41,944 nucleotides of DNA, taken from assembly GCA_048252855.1 (NCBI GenBank), contig DBEZOM010000120.1, positions 1 through 41,944 on the forward strand, written 5' to 3'. The first letter of the stretch is position 1. Each line of letters starts with the position of its first letter. This stretch comes from Ruminococcus sp. GTDB lineage: Bacteria; Bacillota; Clostridia; Oscillospirales; Ruminococcaceae. The position numbers and the translations under genes were made by a program. The notes under the pieces are model-generated. The model worked only from the letters and a program-made list of their open reading frames with translations, did not search any database and was not told the origin of the DNA. Positions 19,255-28,299 of the stretch are shown here, piece by piece.

Positions 19255-20304
19255 ATGGCGGTGCAGACCCCTGCGGAGTGCGCGGCGAACGTGCGCGCTG
19301 CTAAGTATGAAAATCTGTATCTGTTTTACGGCAGAGATACGGGCGCGCTCGAGCCTTTTGCCAAAAAGCTGGCGGCGAAGCTTTGCCCGCCCGAAGCGCA
19401 GATGATGAACCTGCACATTTTCGACGCGCAGGAGCTGGATATGGAGGCGCTGGCGGACGCGGTGCAGGTGCTGCCGATGTTTGCCGAGCGGGTAGTGGTG
19501 ACGCTGAACGGGCTGAATATGGAAAATATGCTCAAAAATCAGGCCGACCTGCTGCGCGGCATAGTCGCCGATATTCCCGAAACTACCGTGATGATAATTT
19601 CGGCAGGCGGCGAAGAGCTTTATAAAAACCGCCGCTCGCTCACCGATAAAAACCGCCGTTTCGCCGACCTATGCGCAAAGCACGGCGCGGTATGCGAATT
19701 TGCGTACAAAAGCCCCGCCGACTCGGCTAAGGCGATAGCGGCGGCGGTGTCACGCGCGGGTGCGGCTATCTCAAAGCGCGACGCGGAATATCTGGCGCAG
19801 CTCTGCCTTTGCGAAACGGCGCATATCAATATGGAGATAGAAAAGCTGACGGCGTATGCCGCGGGGCGCGAGATAACGCGGGCGGATATTGACGCGCTCT
19901 GCGTGCGCAAGATAGAGTCTGACGGCTACGCCCTCGCGCTGAATATCCTGCGGTCGAACGCGCTGTTTGTCTTTAAGCGGCTCGACGAGCTGAAAGCGCA
20001 GAATTACGAGCCTACGCAGGTGCTTTCGATAATAAATCTCTCGCTGGCGGATATTTACCGCGCTAAGCTCGCACGCGCGGCGGGCATGGGCTGGGAGCAG
20101 TGCGCGCGGGATTTCAAGTACCCGAAAAACCGCGAATTTGCGATAAAAAACGCATTTTCCGAGTGCGCGAACATACCGCTGGAGCGCATACGCCGCGTGC
20201 AGACGCTTCTTTCCGAGTGCGATTACCGGCTGAAAAGCGTATCTATGAACGCTGAGATGTCGGCGCTGGCGGTAGAGCAGTTCGCCGCTTCGGCAATGGC
20301 GTAA
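19255..20304 (+). CDS. holA: DNA polymerase III delta subunit
   Basis: YLFYG, LPMFAERVVV, MEIEKL..Y; length 349 aa. Confidence 0.85.
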   Translation: MAVQTPAECAANVRAAKYENLYLFYGRDTGALEPFAKKLAAKLCPPEAQMMNLHIFDAQELDMEALADAVQVLPMFAERVVVTLNGLNMENMLKNQADLLRGIVADIPETTVMIISAGGEELYKNRRSLTDKNRRFADLCAKHGAVCEFAYKSPADSAKAIAAAVSRAGAAISKRDAEYLAQLCLCETAHINMEIEKLTAYAAGREITRADIDALCVRKIESDGYALALNILRSNALFVFKRLDELKAQNYEPTQVLSIINLSLADIYRAKLARAAGMGWEQCARDFKYPKNREFAIKNAFSECANIPLERIRRVQTLLSECDYRLKSVSMNAEMSALAVEQFAASAMA

Positions 20305-20324
20305 AGGGGGTCGGCAGAGGTAAG

Positions 20325-20957
20325 ATGTCTGAAAAAATAAAGCTGAAACAAGCGCTGGTGGTAGAGGGCAAGTATGATAAGATAAAGCTTGCCTCGCTGG
20401 TAGACGGCGTTATCATCACTACTCACGGCTTCGGCATTTATAAGGATAAAGAACTTTGCGCGCTGCTGCGCTTTTACGCCGAGAAAACCGGGCTGATCGT
20501 CATGACCGATTCCGACGCGGCGGGCAGGCAGATACGCGCGTACATAAAGCAAATATTGCCAAAAGAGCTGCAAAGCCGCGTGCTGAACCTGCATATTCCG
20601 CAGATAAAGGGCAAAGAGCGGCGAAAGGCCGCCCCCTCGAAAGAGGGCACGCTCGGCGTAGAGGGCATCAGCGCCGAAACGCTGCGGGGTCTGCTGGAAA
20701 ACGCGGGCGCGCAGCTCGACGGCGAAAGCGCTGAGCACGGCGGCATCACGGGCAGCGATATGTATATGCTGGGGCTTTCGGGCACGGGCTGCGCGGCGGA
20801 AAAGCGTGCGCGGCTGGCGGCGGAGCTGGGTCTGCCCGAGGGGCTTTCGGCGCACGCCCTGCTCGACGTGCTTAATTCTATGTACACGACCGATAGTTTG
20901 GCGGAGGTGTGCGGCAGGATATTTGCGGAAAGGGAGGACGAAAATGGAGCTGTATAA
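20325..20957 (+). CDS. rnmV: Ribonuclease M5-like Toprim protein
   Basis: VVEGKYD, TDSDAAG..IR, LGVEG, C-terminal helical domain. Confidence 0.8.
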   Translation: MSEKIKLKQALVVEGKYDKIKLASLVDGVIITTHGFGIYKDKELCALLRFYAEKTGLIVMTDSDAAGRQIRAYIKQILPKELQSRVLNLHIPQIKGKERRKAAPSKEGTLGVEGISAETLRGLLENAGAQLDGESAEHGGITGSDMYMLGLSGTGCAAEKRARLAAELGLPEGLSAHALLDVLNSMYTTDSLAEVCGRIFAEREDENGAV

Positions 20958-22293
20958 CGTACTTTTTCCATACTTTTTCCTGCCCGTTTTCATGCTTATC
21001 TACGCGCTTATCCCCGCGAAGCGCCGTCCGTTGCTGATATTTGCGGGCAACCTGCTTTTCATATCGGCGGCGGATTGGCGCGGGGCGGCGGTGTATTTCG
21101 CACTGCTGCTGATTGCGTATTTCTCGGGCATCGCGATATACAACGGCCGCGCGAAAAAGGACGGCGAAAAGCCGAAGCTCGCGCGGCGGCGGCTGGTGCT
21201 GGCGGGCAACGCCTTGCTATGCGGGGCGGCGTTTCTGATATTTGCGCACGGCGGGGCGCTCGCACCGAACCTGCCTTACGGGCTGAAACTTTTCGGCGCG
21301 GGGGTGATAGCGGCGCACATCATCTCATACCTCACCGACGTTTACCGCGGCGACTGCGAAGCGCAGACGAAATTCAGCGCGCTGGCGGCGTACACGGGAT
21401 TTTTCCCATCGCTGGGGTTCGGGCCGATACTGAAATACAAAAATTTCCGCAAGACTTTTGCCGAGCCGAAGGTGACGCTTGAGAAAACGGCCGAGGGCGT
21501 GCGCTGCTACATCACGGGTCTGGCGGAGTATCTGATAATCGCCGATCCGCTCAGCCGCGCGCTTGAGGATGTGAAAAAGACCGACTTTGAGAGCGTTCGC
21601 GGTGCGCCCGCTTGGCTGGCTGTCATGATATTCTGCGCCTGCTTCTGCACCACGCTGAACGGTATGCTGAATATGGGCAGGGGCGCGGCGCTGATGCTGG
21701 GCTTCCCCGTAAAGCCCGCTTTCCGCCGCAGGATATTCAAAGACGGCGTGAAAAGTTCGGTTCGCGAGATGAACATACCGCTTTACGAGTGGTCGCGCGA
21801 CTACTTTGCCGCACCGCTTCGCAGGCTTGGCGGCAGGGGCGGCAAGACGGCTGCCTGCTGCGGCGTACTGGTATCGGTAACGGCGGCGGTGATGTGGTAC
21901 GGCTTTACCGCGGGCTGGCTGGTCTGCGGGCTGATACTTTCGGCGGCGATAATCGCTGAGATCGCGGGCGCGGGCAGGAAAATGCCTAAAGCTCTGCGCA
22001 AAACGCTCTCCGCCGCGATAATGTTCATATGCGGTGCGGCGGCGTATCTACCGCAGGCGGCGCAGGGCAGAGGTCTGCTGAAAATGCTCAACGCCCCTGC
22101 CGCAGGCACGCAGAACGGCTATATAGAGTACCTCGCGGGGATAAGTGTGCCGCTGATAATCATGGCTCTTTTTACCATGGGCAGCATTATCCCTACTATA
22201 TTCAAGCGCGCGGGGGCGGGCTGGTACAGGGTAGCTTTCCCCGTTATAGAGCTTGTGCTGATGATGATATGCACGGCTTACATGATATACTGA
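20944..22293 (+). CDS. AlgI/DltB-like MBOAT membrane protein with degenerate catalytic motifs
   Basis: SYLTDVYRG, FFP..GPI, W.RDY..PL retained; WH reads MN and WHG reads WYG. Start overlaps the rnmV stop. Confidence 0.8.
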   Translation: MELYNVLFPYFFLPVFMLIYALIPAKRRPLLIFAGNLLFISAADWRGAAVYFALLLIAYFSGIAIYNGRAKKDGEKPKLARRRLVLAGNALLCGAAFLIFAHGGALAPNLPYGLKLFGAGVIAAHIISYLTDVYRGDCEAQTKFSALAAYTGFFPSLGFGPILKYKNFRKTFAEPKVTLEKTAEGVRCYITGLAEYLIIADPLSRALEDVKKTDFESVRGAPAWLAVMIFCACFCTTLNGMLNMGRGAALMLGFPVKPAFRRRIFKDGVKSSVREMNIPLYEWSRDYFAAPLRRLGGRGGKTAACCGVLVSVTAAVMWYGFTAGWLVCGLILSAAIIAEIAGAGRKMPKALRKTLSAAIMFICGAAAYLPQAAQGRGLLKMLNAPAAGTQNGYIEYLAGISVPLIIMALFTMGSIIPTIFKRAGAGWYRVAFPVIELVLMMICTAYMIY

Positions 22294-22321
22294 TAAAGAA
22301 AGGCGGGTGCGGGATAACGAT

Positions 22322-23431
22322 ATGAAAAAGGTGCTGAACTGCATAAGCATAATCATGTTTTTCGCGGTAACTGCTATGATAGGCGTGAGCACGGTGTTTT
22401 TTCAGCACGGCAAGCCTTTCAAAAAAGCGCTGGTGCAGAATGGCAGCGTGCAGCAGGCGGCTGAGGACTACGCCGTGAGCAATTTTCCCTTTAAGGCGAA
22501 CTGGGAGTCGCTTTGCGCGCGCTCGGCCGAGCTTACCGGCAGGCGGCAGTTTCGCAGCGTTTACCACGATAAAGAGCGCGATATGCTGGTGGACGTTTTC
22601 TCCGATTACGATAAGTCGCGGCGGGATAAGAACGTCGCGGATATTAACGCCTTTTACAAAAAGTACAAGGGCACTTCGATGTACATAATGCTCGCGCCGA
22701 CCGCTTCGGGCATATACCGCAGCGAGCTTCCCGATTCGGCGGGGGCGATAGACCAGCAAAAGCTTATCGACGATATTTATTTCGACATCGACGAGGCGGT
22801 AAACCCGCTTGACGTTTTCAGCGCGCTCTACTCCGCGCGTGACAGCTACATCTACTTCCGCACCGACCCATACTGGACACAGGCGGGCGCTTACGAGGCG
22901 TACTCGGCGGCTATCGGCAAGATGGGCAGCGCGCCTTACACCCTCGCGAATTACGATATGGACTATTCGCACGTTTACTACCGCGGCGAACTTTCGGCGG
23001 AAAGCGGCGTGCGGCGGGTAAGCGAGGACACCATTACCGCCTACCGCTGCAAATACGGCAGCTATGTAAAGTCGGTAAAAATGCTGCGCGACAAGCAGAC
23101 TTACAGCAAGACCTCGCTCTACAATTCCGCGGGGCTGAACAGCGCCGACAAATACTCCTACTACCTAGGCGCAAGCAACTTCAAGTGCACGCGGGTGGTA
23201 ACTACGGGCAAAGATCTGCCGAAGCTGCTGATAATCAAGTCGGATTATGCCAACTGCATGATACCTTTCCTAGCGCCGCACTACTCAGAGATCACGCTGG
23301 TAGACCCCGGTATGTTGGAGGAGGGCGAGAAGCTGGAGGATTTCGCCGACCCCGCCGACTACGATCAGGTGCTTTTCCTCTACGATGTGCAGACATTCTG
23401 CGAAACGGACGAATTTGACAATTTGAATTAA
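22322..23431 (+). CDS. DHHW-family (AlgX/AlgJ-like) protein with degenerate catalytic motifs
   Basis: N-terminal anchor, MLAPTA, YFRTDPYWTQAGAY, KLLIIKSDYANCMIPFL..HY, DQVLFLY. Alternative GTG start at 22307. Confidence 0.8.
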   Translation: MKKVLNCISIIMFFAVTAMIGVSTVFFQHGKPFKKALVQNGSVQQAAEDYAVSNFPFKANWESLCARSAELTGRRQFRSVYHDKERDMLVDVFSDYDKSRRDKNVADINAFYKKYKGTSMYIMLAPTASGIYRSELPDSAGAIDQQKLIDDIYFDIDEAVNPLDVFSALYSARDSYIYFRTDPYWTQAGAYEAYSAAIGKMGSAPYTLANYDMDYSHVYYRGELSAESGVRRVSEDTITAYRCKYGSYVKSVKMLRDKQTYSKTSLYNSAGLNSADKYSYYLGASNFKCTRVVTTGKDLPKLLIIKSDYANCMIPFLAPHYSEITLVDPGMLEEGEKLEDFADPADYDQVLFLYDVQTFCETDEFDNLN

Positions 23432-23434
23432 CGC

Positions 23435-23478
23435 AAAAAAGAGCGGGCAGCCTTGTGAGAAAGCTGCGCCGCTCTTTT
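23435..23478. terminator. Bidirectional terminator
   Basis: aaaaaagagcgggcagc...gctgcgccgctctttt between convergent genes. Confidence 0.75.
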
Positions 23479-23518
23479 ATATTCGACTTATTTCATTTAT
23501 CTGAGTTGTTCAGAATTA

Positions 23519-24667
23519 TCAGAACGCTGTCTTGTAGATACCGAGGATAGATTCTACCGTGCAGGGTCTGGGGTTGCCGCCTGTGCAAACGTCGTCGAAT
23601 GCCGACTGCGAAAGCGCGGGGAGGTCTTCTTCCTTAACGCCTATCTCGTGCAGCTTTTCGGGGATACCAACGTCCTTAGAGAGCTGCTTTACAGCGTCTA
23701 CGGCAGCCTTTCTGTAAGCTTCCTGATCCATGCCCGTGGTGTCAACGCCCATAGCTTCGGCTATGTACTTGAACTTCTCGCCGGTGTAAGGAGCGTTGTA
23801 TTCCATAACGTAGGGCAGCAGTACGGCGTTCGCAATGCCGTGAGGAGTGTCGTAGAAAGCGCCGAGGGGGTGAGCCATGCCGTGTACCACGCCAAGACCT
23901 ACGTTAGAGAAGCCCATGCCTGCGATGTACTGGCCGAGAGCCATATCTTCTCTGCCCTTAGGGTCGTTTTGGCAGGCTGCGCGCAGCGAGCGGGAAATGA
24001 CCTCGATAGCCTTTAGGTGCATCATGTCAGTAAGCTCCCATGCGCCGAGAGTGGTGTAGCCCTCGATCGCGTGGGTAAGAGCGTCCATACCTGTCGAAGC
24101 GGTGAGTCCCTTAGGCATAGAGGACATCATCTGCGCGTCGATAACGGCTACTACGGGTATATCGTGGGGGTCTACGCATACGAACTTGCGCTTCTTTTCC
24201 TCGTCGGTGATAACGTAGTTGATGGTAACTTCGGCAGCCGTGCCCGCGGTGGTGGGAACTGCGATTATGGGAACGCAGGGGTTCTTTGTGTCAACTGCGC
24301 CCTCGAGCGAGGTAACGTCGGCGTACTCGGGGTTCGCGATTATGATGCCGATAGCCTTTGCGGTGTCCATAGAAGAGCCGCCGCCTATCGCGATAAGGTA
24401 GTCAGCCTCAGCCTTCTTGAAAGCCTCTATGCCCGCCTTTACTACCGCTACCGTGGGGTTCGCCTTTACCTGCGAGAATATCTCGTAAGCCAGTCCCGCT
24501 TCTTCAAGCAGCTTAGTAACGTTCTGCGCTACGTTGAATTTGATAAGGTCGGGGTCGGTAACTACAAGCGCCTTTTTGAAAGCGCGCTTTTTAGCTTCGG
24601 TAACTATCTCGCTGATAGCGCCCGCGCCGAAATATGAGGTCTCGTTAAGTATCATTCTGTTAGCCAT
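23519..24667 (-). CDS. fucO: Lactaldehyde reductase (iron-containing alcohol dehydrogenase)
   Basis: MANRMILNETSYFG, GGGS, PTTAGT, DALTHAIEGY, HGMAHPLGAFYDTPHG, CTGGNPR. Confidence 0.92.
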   Translation of the reverse strand: MANRMILNETSYFGAGAISEIVTEAKKRAFKKALVVTDPDLIKFNVAQNVTKLLEEAGLAYEIFSQVKANPTVAVVKAGIEAFKKAEADYLIAIGGGSSMDTAKAIGIIIANPEYADVTSLEGAVDTKNPCVPIIAVPTTAGTAAEVTINYVITDEEKKRKFVCVDPHDIPVVAVIDAQMMSSMPKGLTASTGMDALTHAIEGYTTLGAWELTDMMHLKAIEVISRSLRAACQNDPKGREDMALGQYIAGMGFSNVGLGVVHGMAHPLGAFYDTPHGIANAVLLPYVMEYNAPYTGEKFKYIAEAMGVDTTGMDQEAYRKAAVDAVKQLSKDVGIPEKLHEIGVKEEDLPALSQSAFDDVCTGGNPRPCTVESILGIYKTAF

Positions 24668-24912
24668 TTTTAAAACATTTCCTTTCGTCAAGACAGCGGC
24701 TGTAAAGCGCGGCTGTCATATATTTCATGTACTTATTATACAACTATTCTTAACAAAATGCAACAGCCTTTGTTGAAAATTGGGCGAAATTTGTGTGAAG
24801 TTCCTGTTATGTAGTTAAATGTGTTATATTAGGATACAGTTCAGCACTTGATTTTTCGCGGCGAAGTGTGGTATAATATATGCAATATATTTTTTACGGA
24901 GGGCAATGCTTT

Positions 24913-25887
24913 ATGTGTACGGCAGCAGTTTATAAAACAGACGATATGTATTTCGGCAGAACGCTAGATTACGAAAGCTCATACGGCGAGGAGATAGCGG
25001 TAATGCCGCGCCGCTTTGAGCTGCGTTTTTCCGACGGCAGCGCTTCGGCCGAGCATTTCGCGATGATAGGCACGGCGCACATCGCGGGCGGCTACCCGCT
25101 TTATTACGACGCGGTGAACGAAAAGGGCTTAGGCATGGCGGGGCTGAATTTCGTCGGCAACGCCAAGTACGCAAAACCTGCGGCGGGCGCGAAAAACGTG
25201 GCGCAGTATGAGTTCATACCCTTTATACTCAGCAGTTGCGAAAGCGTCGAGCAGGCGCGGCAGGTGATAGCGGAGATAAACCTTACCGATACGCCTTTCA
25301 GCCCGCAGATGCCCGCGGCGCAGCTTCACTGGATCATCGCCGATAAGCGGCAGACGATAGTAGTGGAATCCACCGCCGAGGGTGTGCAGGTCTACGACGA
25401 CCCCGCGGGCGTGCTGACGAATAATCCGCCCTTCCCCGCGCAGATGTTCCGCCTGAATGATTTTATGCACCTCTCACCGAAACAGCCGCGCAACTGCTTT
25501 TCCGATAAGCTCGCGCTTGACCATTACAGCCGCGGAATGGGCGCGCTGGGTCTGCCGGGCGACCTTTCCTCGCAGTCGCGGTTCGTGCGGGCGGCGTATG
25601 TGCTGGCAAACTCGGTATCTGGCGGCGGAGAAGCGGAAAGCGTCAGCCAGTTTTTCCACATACTCGGCGCGGTAGACCAGCAAAGGGGCTGCTGCGAGGT
25701 CGCAGAGGGGGAGTACGAGATAACGATATACACCTCCTGCTGCAACGCGGACAAGGGTATCTACTACTACACCACCTATGGCAACAGCGCGGTCACGGCG
25801 GTGGATATGCACCGCGAAGACCTAGAGGGCGGCAAGCTTGCGGCGTACCCCATGCTGACCGAGATGGCTGTAAATTACCAGAACTGA
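24913..25887 (+). CDS. bsh: Choloylglycine hydrolase (bile salt hydrolase / penicillin V acylase family)
   Basis: N-terminal nucleophile M-C-T, YFGRTLD, NEKGL, LTNNP, SRGMG.LGLPGD, SRF; no signal peptide. Confidence 0.85.
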   Translation: MCTAAVYKTDDMYFGRTLDYESSYGEEIAVMPRRFELRFSDGSASAEHFAMIGTAHIAGGYPLYYDAVNEKGLGMAGLNFVGNAKYAKPAAGAKNVAQYEFIPFILSSCESVEQARQVIAEINLTDTPFSPQMPAAQLHWIIADKRQTIVVESTAEGVQVYDDPAGVLTNNPPFPAQMFRLNDFMHLSPKQPRNCFSDKLALDHYSRGMGALGLPGDLSSQSRFVRAAYVLANSVSGGGEAESVSQFFHILGAVDQQRGCCEVAEGEYEITIYTSCCNADKGIYYYTTYGNSAVTAVDMHREDLEGGKLAAYPMLTEMAVNYQN

Positions 25888-26014
25888 AAGCGCGGATATG
25901 TTGCGGCAGGCTAACATGATAATAAACTGTAAATAAAGCCCGCGCCTATTGCAAGTCGGCGGAAAATACTATATATTTTTAGAGGAATTTATATAATAGG
26001 AGATAAATTATCAA

Positions 26015-26641
26015 ATGAGAAAAATTGCTGACATTCTGCTGCGCGCGGTGCTTACAGGCTTCGCCATCGCGATAGGCGGCACGGTCTACCTTTCCTGCGG
26101 CAACAAATTTTTGGGCGCTTTTCTTTTCGGCACGGGGCTTTTCGTGATACTCAGCTTCGGCTTCAACCTCTTTACGGGCAAGGTCGGCTACGCGGTAGAG
26201 CGCGAAGCGGCGTACCTCGGCGAACTGGGGCTGATATGGCTCGGCAACTTAGCGGGCGCGGTGATTGCGGCGCTGCTGATACGGCAAACGCGCATAGCGG
26301 GCATAAGCGAGGGCGCGCGTGAGATATGCCGCGTAAAGCTCGAGGACGGCCTGCTGAGCATTTTCATACTTGCGTTTTTCTGCGGCGTGCTGATGTTCAT
26401 AGCGGCGGACGGCAGCAAGAACATAAAAAACACACTTGGGCAGATACTTGCGATATTCCTGCCCGTAGTGGTCTTTATAATCAGCGGCTTCGAGCACTGC
26501 GTGGCGAATATGTATTACTTCACGCTTGCGGGCGTATGGAGTATGCGCACTCTGCTGTACCTGATCGTAATGTCGCTCGGCAACGCGGCGGGCGCGATGA
26601 TGATACCGCTTTTCAGAAAAGGGTTTATCAAAACTGAATAA
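26015..26641 (+). CDS. Formate/nitrite transporter (FNT) family protein, short form
   Basis: LFTG, WLGN..GA, GFEHCVANM, GNAAG motifs. Confidence 0.88.
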   Translation: MRKIADILLRAVLTGFAIAIGGTVYLSCGNKFLGAFLFGTGLFVILSFGFNLFTGKVGYAVEREAAYLGELGLIWLGNLAGAVIAALLIRQTRIAGISEGAREICRVKLEDGLLSIFILAFFCGVLMFIAADGSKNIKNTLGQILAIFLPVVVFIISGFEHCVANMYYFTLAGVWSMRTLLYLIVMSLGNAAGAMMIPLFRKGFIKTE

Positions 26642-26701
26642 AATTCACGGCGCTTCCGCGGGTGCGGGGGCGCTTTTGATGTGGGGAGTGCAAAATTTTT
26701 G

Positions 26702-27616
26702 ATGGATAAAAAAACATGGCTGCCCGCTTTGATCTCGGTGCTGCTGGCGGCGGGAATGGTCGCGGCGGCGGAGATAACGGGCGAGCGGGAGATAATTTTT
26801 CCCGAGATAACTGCCATAGCGATAGGCGCGCTGGCTGCGCCGAAGCAGGTCTGGAACACCTCAAAGCTGCGGCTTTTCGCGGCGGTGGCGCTCTCGGCAG
26901 GCACGGGCGCGGCGATAGTCCGTCTGCTTCCGCTGCCCGTTTGGGTGCAAGCGCCGCTCGGGATATTTTGCGCGGCGGGGTATATAACTCTGCTCGGCTG
27001 CGGATTTGTGCCCGCAATATCCGCCTGCGTTTTGCCGATACTCATGCAGACGGGCGGGGCGGCCTACCTCATCTCCGCGCTGGGCATGACGGCGCTGATA
27101 CTGGGCGTTCAAACGATACTCGAGCGGCTTGGTCTGCGCGAAAAGTGCGGATTTGTACCCGAAGCGCGCACTCGCGAGCTGATAAAACTGCGCGCAAAGC
27201 AGTCGCTGACCGCCGCGGCGATATGCCTTTTGCCCGCGTATTTCGGCGAGATATTCATTACCGCGCCGCCGCTCATCGTCGCGTTTTTTGAGCTTAGCAA
27301 GCCGAACTCAAAGCCGCGCGGCAGAATTTGGCAGACGGTATTGCTGATAGGCGGTGCGGCGTTCATCGGCACGATAATGCGTGCGGTGCTGAGCGTTGGC
27401 GCGGGTCTGCCTATGGCGCTTTCGGCGGCGGCCGCCTGCGGGGCAGTGCTTTGGCTGGTGGACAGACTGGGGCTGTACTTTCCGCCATGCGGCGCGATAG
27501 CCACTCTGCCGTTTCTGATAGACCAAAGCGCGCTCTGGAAATTCCCGCTTGAGGTGCTGGGCGGGTACTTGATATTCTGCGCGGCGGCGGTACTGCTTTT
27601 TCGCGAAAAAGCTTGA
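26702..27616 (+). CDS. Polytopic membrane protein, possibly HPP-family-like with two repeats
   Basis: Many hydrophobic segments; paired motifs IFPE/FVPAISA and APPL/FPPCGAIA. Confidence 0.6.
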   Translation: MDKKTWLPALISVLLAAGMVAAAEITGEREIIFPEITAIAIGALAAPKQVWNTSKLRLFAAVALSAGTGAAIVRLLPLPVWVQAPLGIFCAAGYITLLGCGFVPAISACVLPILMQTGGAAYLISALGMTALILGVQTILERLGLREKCGFVPEARTRELIKLRAKQSLTAAAICLLPAYFGEIFITAPPLIVAFFELSKPNSKPRGRIWQTVLLIGGAAFIGTIMRAVLSVGAGLPMALSAAAACGAVLWLVDRLGLYFPPCGAIATLPFLIDQSALWKFPLEVLGGYLIFCAAAVLLFREKA

Positions 27617-27641
27617 CAATGCGCTGTTGATATGCTATAAT
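27613..27641 (+). promoter_or_regulatory. SigA promoter of rubrerythrin
   Basis: TTGACA-17-TATAAT with TG extension; the -35 overlaps the upstream TGA stop. Confidence 0.8.
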
Positions 27642-27699
27642 TTATGTAATGTACAAGGCTGATTTTTGTGCATATCATATAATTTTAGGAGGAATACAG

Positions 27700-28239
27700 A
27701 TGGCTAATAAATATGCAGGCACGCAGACCGAGAAAAATCTGCTCGAGGCTTTCGCGGGCGAATCGCAGGCTAGAAACAAGTATACATATTTCGCTTCAAA
27801 GGCGAAAAAAGAGGGCTATGAGCAGATGGCGGCGCTGTTTTTAAAGACGGCGGATAACGAGAAAGAGCACGCCAAAATGTGGTTCAAAGAGCTGGGCGGC
27901 ATCGGCACTACGGCTGAGAACCTCGCGGCGGCGGCCGATGGCGAAAATTACGAGTGGACGGATATGTACGAGGGCTTCGCCAAAACCGCCGAGGCTGAGG
28001 GCTTTACCGCGCTGGCGGCGAAATTCAGAGCCGTTGGCGAGATCGAAAAGCACCACGAGGAGAGATACCGCGCTCTGCTGAAAAACATCGAGACCGCGCA
28101 GGTTTTCGAGAAGAGCGAAGTAAAGGTATGGGAATGCCGCAACTGCGGACACATCGTGGTAGGCACAAAAGCCCCCGAGGTATGTCCCGTATGTGCCCAC
28201 CCGAAGAGCTATTTCGAGGTACACGCTGAAAATTATTGA
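27700..28239 (+). CDS. rbr: Rubrerythrin
   Basis: [12 protein letters not shown] and EKHH diiron motifs, C-terminal CRNCG...CPVC. Confidence 0.95.
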   Translation: MANKYAGTQTEKNLLEAFAGESQARNKYTYFASKAKKEGYEQMAALFLKTADNEKEHAKMWFKELGGIGTTAENLAAAADGENYEWTDMYEGFAKTAEAEGFTALAAKFRAVGEIEKHHEERYRALLKNIETAQVFEKSEVKVWECRNCGHIVVGTKAPEVCPVCAHPKSYFEVHAENY

Positions 28240-28253
28240 TATTCAGATATGAG

Positions 28254-28291
28254 AAAAGACCTCTCCCGATCGGTGGAAGAGGTCTTTTTTT
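28254..28291. terminator. Bidirectional terminator between rbr and fkp
   Basis: aaaagacctct...agaggtcttttttt. Confidence 0.8.
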
Positions 28292-28299
28292 GCGTATTT

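Noticed and set aside
24730..24800. Rex operator upstream of fucO
   Set aside because: Only a half-site (TTGTTAA on the minus strand) is visible; no full palindrome.
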